DNA of 61,490 nucleotides, from positions 1 through 61,490 of IMG/VR virus record IMGVR_UViG_3300035665_000036, one strand, 5' to 3'. This DNA is from a virus (taxonomy: Duplodnaviria; Caudoviricetes). Below the pieces are notes generated by a model. The model was not told where the DNA came from, ran no database searches, and was given only the letters and a program-made list of their open reading frames with translations. The translations under genes and the position numbers were made by a program. Below, piece after piece: positions 48,849-59,900 of the stretch; the stretch's first letter is position 1; every line of letters starts with the position of its first letter.

Positions 48849-49069
48849 TCACCTTTATACTCACAACAGCCGATATGCTCACATGTGTCCAGCTCTGAAG
48901 CACCTTCTGTCCAATAATCAAATTGTAAGTCTAAATCTGGTTGAGTTTTAAAGGTGTATATCATTCCATTTCTATCAACTGCGATGAATGCTGCCTCCAT
49001 TTCCACTAAAATTTTTTTACCGCAATACTCAATAAGCTTACGATCTAGTTCAACTATTTCAAATGACAT
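48815..49069 (-). CDS. IA(T/V)D..G...GDW(K/R).SL family paralog 3
   Basis: An AGGAG RBS precedes MSFEIV. Confidence 0.65.
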   Translation of the reverse strand: MSFEIVELDRKLIEYCGKKILVEMEAAFIAVDRNGMIYTFKTQPDLDLQFDYWTEGASELDTCEHIGCCEYKGDWRDSLMILED

Positions 49070-49105
49070 ATCATTTCTCCTTTTTGCAAAATAAAAGGCT
49101 ACCAT

Positions 49106-49528
49106 TTAGGTAGCCGTATAGAACTTGTGGTGCTTGTAAACACCTAAATACACCAATTTCTTGGTCCACTTAGGTTTCACTTTTAAATTATGAAAATGAG
49201 TTGCTGTCTTAAACTTGGGTGGTATTTTAAATTTACCCTTGTATAAGTCCATCACAGACACTTTCAAAATTTCATTTAGATCTTTAGGTATCTTAGTAGA
49301 TACATTATAAGCAAACTGTTCAGGTTTACTCACAACTTTGCAGATCGTTTTCTCTTCGTGAGATCTATTAATTACCACGTTTGCAATTAACATCATCCCC
49401 AAAAGGTCTTCTCCTTTTGCTTCATTAAATGATGTTGTTGTCAAACATAATAAATCCCTCTTATTAATGTTAGCTTTTGTTGAAAAACTTATCAACAACA
49501 AACTGACCAATAATAATACTCTTATCAT
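49106..49528 (-). CDS. SleB-like cell wall hydrolase (Hydrolase_2) with a signal peptide
   Basis: CLTTTSFNEAKGE...IANVVINR...TICKVV..PEQF...ATHFH...PKW...HKFY. Confidence 0.85.
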   Translation of the reverse strand: MIRVLLLVSLLLISFSTKANINKRDLLCLTTTSFNEAKGEDLLGMMLIANVVINRSHEEKTICKVVSKPEQFAYNVSTKIPKDLNEILKVSVMDLYKGKFKIPPKFKTATHFHNLKVKPKWTKKLVYLGVYKHHKFYTAT

Positions 49529-49559
49529 AGTTTGCCTCCGTAAGATATCTTTTATCTGA

Positions 49560-49586
49560 TATCATATAAGATACCCAAATTTACGC
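49560..49586 (-). promoter_or_regulatory. Class A (early) promoter-like motif, copy 3
   Basis: GCGTAAATTTGGGTATCTTATATGATA at the head of the early region. Confidence 0.75.
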
Positions 49587-49689
49587 ACTTTGAGTATCCT
49601 TTAATTGGTTCTAGATTTCGTGATAAATAAAGAACCAACTAAAATAATTTTAATCTTCAGTTTCCTTCAGTGCACTGGAAGAACACTTA

Positions 49690-49705
49690 GGGTTAATTTA
49701 ACGGG
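49690..49705 (-). promoter_or_regulatory. Class B promoter-like motif (copy 5)
   Basis: Exact 16-mer. Shares the downstream AAGTGTT with copy 2. Confidence 0.8.
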
Positions 49706-49777
49706 CTTGGGTAATAAATGGGTGTACAAATGATTATGGTGTAAATCTCAATGAGAGCGCAAACTCAGAGGCTCGTC

Positions 49778-50254
49778 TCAAGAATCCACCCACTTTGTGG
49801 CAAGGTAGCCGCGTCTCGACCAACCAGCTCGTTCCAGCAGTTTTGCAAACACAAAATTTTCGTCCATGTGTGAGCCTGTGGAAATCAATCTTTTTAGTCC
49901 CATTTCTTTTGCCACAATCTCCATTTCATTGTGAAGTAAATGGACAGCCTTGGCAGCCTTAAGTCCTTTCACACTTGCGGCATAATACAGCTGTTGCATA
50001 CAAGATTCCGACAAATGCTCTTGTCTTGTTTTCTTGAAAAGTATCCATGCAATTATCACCCCGTCATCTTCCAGTACTCTCAATTTTGCACCTGCGCCTA
50101 AATGTTCTTTCATCCCTTTCATTGATGATTTCCTGCAGGCAGGCATGAATGTCTCATCATTCAATGACAAGTATAAATCAACACAAAATTCCAATTCCTT
50201 TAAATTTTCAATATTTCTAACTTTCATGAGATCTCCAAAATAAACCCTCACCAT
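49778..50254 (-). CDS. GNAT-fold acetyltransferase-like protein
   Basis: Pattern VIIAWILF...QLYY...L..EME..AKEMGLKRL...KLLERAGW. Confidence 0.55.
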   Translation of the reverse strand: MVRVYFGDLMKVRNIENLKELEFCVDLYLSLNDETFMPACRKSSMKGMKEHLGAGAKLRVLEDDGVIIAWILFKKTRQEHLSESCMQQLYYAASVKGLKAAKAVHLLHNEMEIVAKEMGLKRLISTGSHMDENFVFAKLLERAGWSRRGYLATKWVDS

Positions 50255-50270
50255 GAGATGAGGGTATTTG

Positions 50271-50684
50271 TTACTTAGTTCTTTTTGTGTCCACTTGTTT
50301 CAATTTCTCAGCAGTTCGGTAAGCGCCTAACCCAAGTAATCCGTACAGGATGTTCTCTTGAGCAACTGTGTCAACAATTGGTAATGGAGGTAAGTTGAAA
50401 CATAAGGCCAACCAACTCAAAAATGAGACCAAAACGCCTGAGTAGGCAAGTGTAAATACACCGACCCACATCGCTGCAGGTCTTGCACCCGCAACAAATA
50501 TGCTCGGATGCTTGGCTTCTTCGTTGTTGACCATTATTTGCTGTAGTTGCAACTGATAAGTATTATCAATTTCTCTTGCAGCCGCTTCAAGTTTCCCTTT
50601 CAATTCAGTGTCAGCATCTGGAAAGAACTTATCCAGACCTGTTTTTATCAAATCAAAACCGGCTGTCATTGGGTCAAAGCTCAT
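50271..50684 (-). CDS. Holin (3TM, GTA-holin-like)
   Basis: LDKFFPD...NNEEAKHPSIFVAGARPAAMWV...LLGLGAYRTAEK. Confidence 0.8.
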   Translation of the reverse strand: MSFDPMTAGFDLIKTGLDKFFPDADTELKGKLEAAAREIDNTYQLQLQQIMVNNEEAKHPSIFVAGARPAAMWVGVFTLAYSGVLVSFLSWLALCFNLPPLPIVDTVAQENILYGLLGLGAYRTAEKLKQVDTKRTK

Positions 50685-50750
50685 TTTAATACTCCTATAT
50701 CTTTGCAAGCAAAAAAGCATTCATTTAAATAGTCTAAATCAAATGACATA

Positions 50751-51375
50751 CTATTGACCTGTTTGAGCTGCGTACATCAATGTATCTTTCTCATCTGCTT
50801 TTGCTTTGCCGATTTTCTTGCCTTCTTTGAAAGCCTTATGCACAATGTTATTCAGTTGGATTTCAAAGTCGGCTTTCGCGGCCAACAATGCTTCTGCTTG
50901 AGATGTTGTGTCTGGATACACTGCAATTGCTGTGTCAACTAAAGTGTGATACAACTTATCTGCAGCCTCTTCTTTCACATATGCGGCATGTTTAATCTTA
51001 ATTGGACTGGCCATTAAAGCTCCTAAAATATTTCATGAAAGAACCAATCATGTCACGACCTTCTTTTGATTGTAAAAAGTCAGAAGCGACACGATCAATT
51101 TTATCTACGTTTCTTGCGAGTAAGTCTTTATCATCTTGTGATAAACATTCACTGAGAGCTTGCATCAACGGAATCTCTCTCGGTTTAGAAAGGCCCTCCA
51201 ATGAAGACAACTTCTTTTCAACTGCCTCATTGATCATGTCTTCAATACTTTTTTGAGGCACAATATTGCCTGTCGGTATTGACTCAATTACTGGCGGTGT
51301 CAAAGGAGGGGCTATAGGTATATTTCTAATTCTATCCAATTCTCTTTGTAAATCTTCCACAGAAGGGCTTGACAT
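50751..51375 (-). CDS. Two hypothetical proteins (50751-51014, 50998-51375)
   Basis: ORF track, coupled ORFs. Confidence 0.55.
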
Positions 51376-51527
51376 ATTATCTCCGATTAATCTTCTTTGT
51401 TTTCATTATTAGTATTGCCACTTTCTTCTTGCTCTTTTTCTTTTTCAGGCTCAGAACAAGATGCATTGGCATCTTCGTTATAAATGACCACGGTGTCCGC
51501 ATGGATGCAAATCATCAGATCATCCTC

Positions 51528-52286
51528 TCATGCAACACGTGTATTTGCTGCAGTTTGGCTGTTACCAGAAACTGTACCTGAACCAATGTTCAAAACACCT
51601 TGGGTCACACGTTGATCAGCTGACAACTGATGCACCAAACCGATCAAACCATTGATTTGTTGCTGCTGTTGTTGCTGCGTTTGCATTTGGTTCACGGTGG
51701 TTGTGACTTCAACATTGCCTGAGCGAATCGCACCAAACAATTCATTTTGTCTGTTGTTTGCTTGCGCGACACCCAATTGACGTTCCAAATCCAACTCTCT
51801 TGCAGATGGAATGCGATCAGCCAATGCTGCGATTGCGGCTCTGGTTTTGTCACCGTCATTCATCAAAGCAGTTGTACTTGCATTCAACTGTTGCATCAGA
51901 GTGATGGTGTTTTGAGTTGCACTGTCTTTTGCCATGGTGACGGTGTTTGTCAAAGCAGCTGCGACACCGGATAATTGATTAGATAGCTGACCAGTTTGTG
52001 CAGCATTATTTGCAACCATTGCTTCTGCGGCAACTGCCACAGCTTGTTTTACGTCACCGATGCCTGACATAATTGACATATTTGCTTGTGGTTGAGAAGC
52101 CACTGCAGCACCGTCAGCATTGTTGCCGAAGAGACCTCCACGGCTTTAAGCCAAGCCTAAGACCAAGCCCAAAGGCATTCCTGCTGAGTCGTTTCCAAAC
52201 AAATTTGACATAGTACCACCTTGTAATGCTGAGTTAAGTAATTGATTAAGGTCCATTCCTGAACCAGTTGTTGCATCAACAGCCAT
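51528..52286 (-). pseudogene. Gly/Ala/Gln-rich coiled-coil protein interrupted by an in-frame TAA at 52146-52148
   Basis: A GGAGG RBS and ATG 52286 are in frame with 51528..52103; the junction reads ...LGLVLGLA*SRGGLFG... Confidence 0.65.
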
Positions 52287-52333
52287 AAAACCTCCAGACT
52301 ATTGTAGTTGCCCAGTTAACGCTGGGCGTCGTT

Positions 52334-52876
52334 TTAGGCAATGTCGCCTAATTCTTTTTCAAAATTCTTCACCACAAGATCCATTTCAGATTCCAATGAC
52401 AAAGTCTCAAGTTGCGCTTTTGCCAAATTAGCCTTGGCTCTTATATCATCTATCCATGTTCGCATCGTTATCACTTCAGCAGAATCTTGCCCAAAGTCAT
52501 AAGGAGCATTCAGTTGATAATAATAAGGATATCTATACAAAATCTTGATATTTGAAGAGTTATTGATAAGCTCTTTTTTGACACTTTGCAATAATGCAAT
52601 TTTATTTGGAATATCTTGCCATTGTAAATTTTTAACAGACCACTCTTGATAATCATCCTTTTTCGGTAAATGCTGCTCAACTTCAAAACCATTGATGTGA
52701 TAGGTTTCAAAAATAGTTGAATTACTATCGACGGTATCCAAAATCCGGATAATGTCACCTGTAGGCAATACCTGCTTATCTTCATAAAGGCTATTAGCAG
52801 GATCTGTGACCTCACTGATTGTTGTCGGTAATCTTAAATCACCTTTAAATAATATTACTTTTTTCATATCATGCAT
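52334..52876 (-). CDS. Tail fibre assembly-like protein
   Basis: Position after the tail-tip genes, plus W....QWQD and YPYYYQLN...MRTWIDDIR motifs. Confidence 0.5.
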   Translation of the reverse strand: MHDMKKVILFKGDLRLPTTISEVTDPANSLYEDKQVLPTGDIIRILDTVDSNSTIFETYHINGFEVEQHLPKKDDYQEWSVKNLQWQDIPNKIALLQSVKKELINNSSNIKILYRYPYYYQLNAPYDFGQDSAEVITMRTWIDDIRAKANLAKAQLETLSLESEMDLVVKNFEKELGDIA

Positions 52877-53468
52877 TTAAAATTAAAATTCTATTAGGTT
52901 GTGGTTCAGTGTAGTTTCCAGATCCACCTGGTCCTAAGATTATTTGCGTTTGATCCATATTAAATATATTCTCAGAGAAAGATGCAACAATTACAAATGC
53001 ATTTGTATTTCCATTTAGTGTTCTGTTATATGTAGCTATTTTCAAAGAGTTACTATCAATATAATAGTTGCTACCAGGTCTTTTTTGAATCATAGTGTCA
53101 GTATATCTACCCCAATCGTTGTGCTGGAGAACATCCTTATTCAATGCGATTGCAGGATATTTTCTACTACTCTCAAATACAGTCAGATTATTTCCGTTAC
53201 GTATTTTTAATCCAAAACCAGATGTGACGTCTACTTCTTCACTTGTTGGGGTCATCCTTATAAATTCGAAAACACCACCATCAGTTGTGTATATCAAATT
53301 ATTAAGAGGGTTTTTATAAATCCCCGCTGCACTGTTCGATGCTCTCACAAAAATTGGACCAGAAGGCAATGTACCAGAAGAGGATGTACCTGAATAAATA
53401 TTCAGCATTGAATTTTCGGACACTTGTAAAATACCCATATCATTTCTTATATTTGCACCGAAACTCAT
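52869..53468 (-). CDS. Tail tip-associated protein
   Basis: FG..IRN..G motif repeated (SFGANIRND, GFGLKIRNG), typical of genes downstream of J. Confidence 0.6.
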   Translation of the reverse strand: MSFGANIRNDMGILQVSENSMLNIYSGTSSSGTLPSGPIFVRASNSAAGIYKNPLNNLIYTTDGGVFEFIRMTPTSEEVDVTSGFGLKIRNGNNLTVFESSRKYPAIALNKDVLQHNDWGRYTDTMIQKRPGSNYYIDSNSLKIATYNRTLNGNTNAFVIVASFSENIFNMDQTQIILGPGGSGNYTEPQPNRILILNA

Positions 53469-53469
53469 G

Positions 53470-53949
53470 TTAATACTCGTATAGTGTTAATTTAAATGTA
53501 AGTAAGTCAGTTCCAGCACCTCTGTCAGTTTCTAAATAAGGACCGCCACCAACATATATTCTCAGCGTATTACCTACTTGTTCAGTAAAGCCTTGAAAAG
53601 TGTAGCTAGTTTTCCAGATAGGGTGCCCATATACACTAGAAGCTACTCTTATTGTAATTTCAGAAATAAAACCAACTATACTAGAGGCTTGTGAAATATA
53701 ATTTGATATATCTAGATCAAATCTGTTATAAGCAATTGTACTAGAATTTTTCGAAGTATCTACCACTGAAGTTAAACCGCCAATTTGCCAAGTAGATACT
53801 TGAGTTACTGCATTGCCTCCTGCAGGAACCCATGTTACACCAAATGTATTTGTAGAATAAACAGTATTAGTCAAATACTTTAATACACGGTCACTTGTGT
53901 CTAGTCGTAATTGACCTTGATCATTCCACAATTTTAGTCCTGAACTCAT
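53470..53949 (-). CDS. Tail tip-associated protein
   Basis: N-terminus SGLKLWNDQGQLRLDTSDR; lies directly after J. Confidence 0.6.
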   Translation of the reverse strand: MSSGLKLWNDQGQLRLDTSDRVLKYLTNTVYSTNTFGVTWVPAGGNAVTQVSTWQIGGLTSVVDTSKNSSTIAYNRFDLDISNYISQASSIVGFISEITIRVASSVYGHPIWKTSYTFQGFTEQVGNTLRIYVGGGPYLETDRGAGTDLLTFKLTLYEY

Positions 53950-56900
53950 GTTGAAAGATCTCCCAATTGTACACGAAGAATGCCGCTCGCATCATATATC
54001 TTGATTGCTTTTTCATTCATTTCCATCCTGGCTCCTGCATCAGACGACTTGACGCTAAATTTATCTGCACCAACCAATGACAAAGACCCTATCATGGCGG
54101 CCTTGATTGCTGCATTATCTATATAAGTACTTGCATTGTCTGCCGTGATTTTGTTCACGTTGGCAAAAGCACCAGCAGCAGGGCCAGCGACATATGCGCT
54201 TGCCGTGGTTTGACTTGGGGCAGCTTCACCGAAATAAGGCTGTGTTATCCACATCCAACTGCTAACTTGACCAGCTTGGGTATTACCTTTTCTGAAACAG
54301 GGTTGTACATAAGCTGCGGTTGGGTCTGATACAAAGAAGACTGAGTATTGTGTATAATTACTCAAGTCCGGTCCACCTGATCCTGGTACATACCAAGAAC
54401 CATAAGGTAGTGACCAAGTACTTATATTATCCCCGTTTGAATTATATACAGCTACAAGCATTTCAATGCCGATACAGTTATGTGCAGCAATTCTAGCTGA
54501 AAATTCATATTTGGTATTAGGCTTAACTGCTATGCGTTGGTCATTAGTGCCCCAAATACCACCATTATAGATATCAATTGCTATATCGTTTGAACCTATA
54601 CCAGCTTGTTCTATAGCAAGAGCATTGCTGCCTTTCGGGCGCCAATACGCATCAACCCCCCAAATAGTAGTAGAATCATTGAACTGGACTATATTTGCAC
54701 CACCTGGATTCCAGCCATGAAACCAACCTGTAATGCCTTTGAAATCAGTATTGACTAATCTATTAGCACCCAATCCAGGTAAATTTGTTATGTCTGACCC
54801 ATAACTCACACTTGATTTGGTTGCCAATGCACCTTGATTCTTAATACTAGCAGCATCAATCAATGCATCTGCATAATCCTGTGTTACATTCTGTGGTGCA
54901 GAAGTAACAATATCAATCGCCCAACCTGTTTCCCACTGACTTCGTGCAAAGTTTAAATACCCAGCAATAAAGTCTTTAACCATTACTTTTGGATAACTCC
55001 AAGAGCTGGTAGGTTCACCGATATAAATACAACATTTACCCAGTGTGGAGTCATAACCAAATCTAACTCTGTTATCCGCAGCTGTTGAACCCAGTAAATT
55101 GGCTTCTGTGTTGTACCAAGTTCCTGAGTTATAGTGGTTATAACCTGCCAAGTTCAGACTAAAAGATTTATCAGAATTAAAGGTATAGACATTCACCGTG
55201 AATTTCATCATCGTATAGGTGAAACCTTGCGGTAATATAATTCTAATCATACCTGTAACAGCACTTTGATTATTGTTAAAACTGGCGCCTACAGGACGAG
55301 AAACTAATAAGGTATTATTTTCTTCAATAACATTTGAAACTCTTGCATCACTATAGTTAGTTACATCAGCATAATCAGCAGGTTTTCCAGTTCCACTTAC
55401 ATCAGACCACTTTTGTTGTGCATTTAATAATGCAGCATAGCCTAGGTTATCAAATAACTTACTCTCTGTACCATCTACTATTTCAACTGTTGGATAACCA
55501 AATACTTGTGTCTCTCCTGCGTTAGCACAGTAGTACTGGTAAGCACGTGTGCCTGTATATTCAACATCACTTGCCCAACAATAATTCCATCTTTCAGAAA
55601 CTAATTCACCAGTGGTCAAATCAAATATACCTGAACCAGCATTGGTATTTCCTGTACTTCCTGCGGGAAACACATAACCAACCAATAAATACCAACGGTT
55701 TGCCACAAGACCGCTTCTTCCCCCATACACAAAATATGGATTACTATTTTTATTACTTGTGTTTAAATCACAAACTGTAGTTTCACCAATACCCCAGAAG
55801 TAACTACCAGTACTTCCTCCGGTTATTTTGACCGGAACTGCAAATCTATATGGTTTATTTTTATCAACCTTGAACCAATTTTTACCAAAAGAAGGGTCTC
55901 CTTCATTTTTATACCAACCACCTGCTTCATTACCGTCAGCATTGGCTATGCATTTCCATACAGGAACTTTTACACCATTGACATCGGTATCATAATCAAT
56001 TGCATTTTCTGCGCTAGTCCCGTTAAGACCCCAAGGCGGTGTTTGGCCAACAACCCAAGCGCCAGTTTGTAGATTATTAAGAATTAAATCATTACTGGGT
56101 TGTCCTGAGATGTTAGTACCCCAAGTGGCACCGACAGTTGCATTTGCTGCAGGTAGGTTTGTACCACCTTCTGCCAACACGTTTGTCCAATTAAAACCTT
56201 CTCCAGATTTGAAAACCAAATTACCGTTGTTGCCTCTGATTTCAATATTCTTGAATGCTGCATAACCAGACTTGTCTATTCGCCAGCCCTCATACATCCC
56301 AACATTTGGGCCACTGGCGTGCGGCCATCCAAAAACAGATGATTCAATCACATTTCCGATCTGAGCCTTGTTTGTTATCAGAGTATCCGAAGCTAATTGA
56401 TTTGCACCAACTGTGCCCGCAAGCAATTGATCACCTGAAATGAATGCTTTGCCTTCATCAGCAGTCAATTCCGTACCACCTTTGTAAGTGGCCAAGATAC
56501 GACCTGTTACGGCAGTGGCCAATGACTCCGTGGCCAATACAGTGTTTGTTGACGTATTTAAATACAAATAAAACAACTTTCCAGATGTCCATGCAGTTGG
56601 CATTGTGCCGGATGACACGGTGACCAGAGCTGCCCCGTTTTTGGAGTATTGAAAAGAACTCCAAGAGACCTTGTTTGTCACTGCATCTGGGGTGAATTGC
56701 AATCCCGTGTAGGTGTATGTGTCTGCTTCCACTGAAGCAGCTATGACCTCAACTGAAGAACTTTCATCACCTGCACCGAATGCATCACAGAGAGTCACTG
56801 TGTATTTGAAAGTGGTTCCCGCAGTTGCTTCAAAATCAATGAAGCTGGATGTGGTTTCCACGCTCTTTTGTAAAACCGTACCTGCAGAATTATATTGCTT

Positions 56901-59900
56901 AAACACATACTTCAGTACATCTATGTCAGACACGACAGGAACTTTCAAATACGCTGCATTAAATACAGAAGTGAAATCCAAAGTCACAGCAGATGGTTTT
57001 GCATTGTCAAAAGTTGCATCCAAAGATGTCGATGACAAGTAGCCTGCGCTGTCCAACGCAAACAATTTTATTTTGAATTTACGAGTGGCAGTGCCGAATA
57101 TTGAAGCGTTCTTCTCAAAGCTCATTGAATATTGACCATCCAACTTGTTGTCGGGGGTTATCACTTCTGTGGCTTTCAAAGTGTTTGTGTCGTATGTATA
57201 GAATTGTAAAACATATTTATCCAACGTGACACTCTTTGCTTTGTTCGGTAGTGCATTCGACCAGGCAAACACTATATCTTTTGTATTGAAAGGGATTGTC
57301 AAAACTCCATTGGAGGTGATTGGCGCATCTTTTCCTTCCAAATGTAAATTTGTCGGAGGAAACAACTCAGAATTTTGCATCGTGTAAGCAATGCCACCAC
57401 TGTAAGTTCCGAGAATTTTGTTATTCTTCAAATCAGGCAGTAATGTCGTGGATCTCACTGTATACTGATTTGCGTCCGTTGATTTTATGTCAAAATACAA
57501 ATACAGAACACCTGTTGTCCATAATGCATCTCCTGCTGCAACCGTTTTCAGAAACACCCCATCTTTGTAAACATTGAATGCATTCCAAGCGATTCTGTTG
57601 GTACTTGAAGTCGGAGTCAACACAAGACCTTCGAATTTATACACAGTATCAATGAAAAATTCTGCTTCTTCTGTACTGCTATAAGTGAAGTTGGATAACT
57701 TTCCTGCTCTTGAGATTGTTCTGACTGCAAAGAAAGCACTTGGAGTGCTAAGCTTAGGCAATACAAAACTGGTATCTACTGCTCTACCTATTTCATTAAA
57801 TATTGGCAAGTTACCCGAAGTTCTTGGACCACCAGCTTCATACATATACAGCACATAACCAGCAAATTCAGAAAAACTCACAGGAGCCCAGGTCAGTGTA
57901 CCTGAAGAATTTGTCAGAGCATTATTACTAGGTTCGTACACAATCCATGCGGGTGCAGGTATTGACATTGAATAGATATTGTTTGGTTTTTGATATTCAT
58001 CATCTTTTTGATACCACGCTAAATGTGTATGATCAAACATTTGAGCTTGAACTTCGCAAGAATTTTCTTCAGTAATTTTTACACTATTAATTCTGAAATA
58101 TTCGTTGTAAAGCCCTAGTGTCTCACTTGTTAATGTGATAAAATCACCAGGCTCTAAATACTTTTCGTTTATTATGTATTTAAATTTAATACTGTAAGAT
58201 GTTCTACTTGTTCTAACAAGTTCTTCAGCTTTTGCCAAGGCATGGTATCTATCTGTTGCACCTTCAAAGAATTGCTCCATTTCCAAGGGTGTATTACTGT
58301 CTTCAAATAACATTGTTTGGTAAACAGTGTTATCCTTTATCACTGTTATTACTGAGCTATATGCAATCTCTCTGGTTGTCCAAATTACCTTTGAACCTTT
58401 TGTTAACTTTGCACCAATAGCCTTATCACCACCTGAATTACTGCCTGTAATAACAATTTTATAAACTTTGTCAGCACTGGCATTTCCAAGTGTGACTGTC
58501 TGAGAGCCAAGCGTTGTCCAATCACTTTTAGAATAAGTGTATAACTCAGTATTGCTGTCGTTGTAAATCTTGATTGTCATCGAGTCATCTGCAGTATACT
58601 CTAACACCATATCGCCAATGTCAACTTTTCTGATAATTATGTTGTAAGTTAATGTAGCGCTATTTGTGGCTGTTGACCATACACCGTAATTATTCAAAAA
58701 TCTGCCACCAACGTTTCCTTCATCATAGCTGTAATCTGCAAGTGGATAACGAGTACCGCCAATACCAACAAGAGAAGTCCCTGAATATTTTGGAGGCCAT
58801 GACACAGAATCTTCTTTAAAATTTTCTGTTTCATTACTGAATCTGACTATACAGTGATTCAGCCGTTCACTGGCAGTTGGCCAGGCCATTTCAATATCTT
58901 GGTCCATTATCAAATTATCTTCTGTCAATGCTGCGGCAAGAATGATATTTGAATTGGATTGGCCTGGATATTGTAGACTCAATTTATATTTACCACCTGA
59001 CCATACAAGCCTTGCATCTCCCATTGTTGCCAAGATTGCTTCAACATTCTCTCTGACAGGCTTCTTTGTATCAATCATGATGTTACATTCATACAGTGGT
59101 AAGCCTCTTGTAGATACATTTTTCTTACCATCGGTGGATTTCCAGATCTTACCACCCACTGTAACATTTGATTGAACCACTGTCTCAGCAATAGGTGCAG
59201 AAAATTCAAATGTAGTTAAGGCAATCTCAGTTACATCTACAGAACCACCTGATGTTGTGTCCATCAAATAGTCTAACAAGCACCATACAGGATTATTACT
59301 ATACTCCCATACTGTGTTCAAAACCCCATTGGTAACTTTGCGAATTAATTTACCTTCCACCAAAAACTGAAGACCTGGAACACCACTGAACTGAGGATCA
59401 TCTCTATCTATTCTGACAACTGCAGAGATATACGCCATTCCTGTGAAAGTGGCATTACTTCTATCAGGAAAGTTTTGTGAGATAATTGCATCAGATTTAT
59501 TCAGACCTGCTTCTGTATAGTGTGCGTCAATGCGCATTGCAGAGCGAGGTTTACTTGAGTCATTCCATTTAGTTTTTGAAGGATCTTCATCAGCTGTATA
59601 AGAATTACCTGCAGGTACAGAACCATAAGTACCCAGCGCAGGGTCATCCAAGTATCTGGATTCATCTATTATGACATCAATCACATCATTGATTGGGCCT
59701 ATACAAAGTGCTTGTTGGAAATATAAAAATTCATTTCTAGAGCCATTTGTGTAAGATCGATCAAGCATTGTGCTTGTACCGTACGCATAGTTGTGTGACA
59801 CAATAGCCGACTCGCCCGTGACTGAATTTGTCTCCAACATTGTGTAAGAGCCAGATTGCACCACAGCCGGTGTCAAGCTTTCTCCAAAACTTTTGTCAGC

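Noticed and set aside
52146-52148. Stop-codon reassignment (alternative genetic code)
   Set aside because: Only one in-frame stop was seen. Long genes are intact under the standard code, TAA is the common terminator, and no suppressor tRNA was seen.
221-59175. Plus-strand ORFs in the six-frame track
   Set aside because: Nearly all are antisense shadows of minus-strand genes, with no recognisable motifs.
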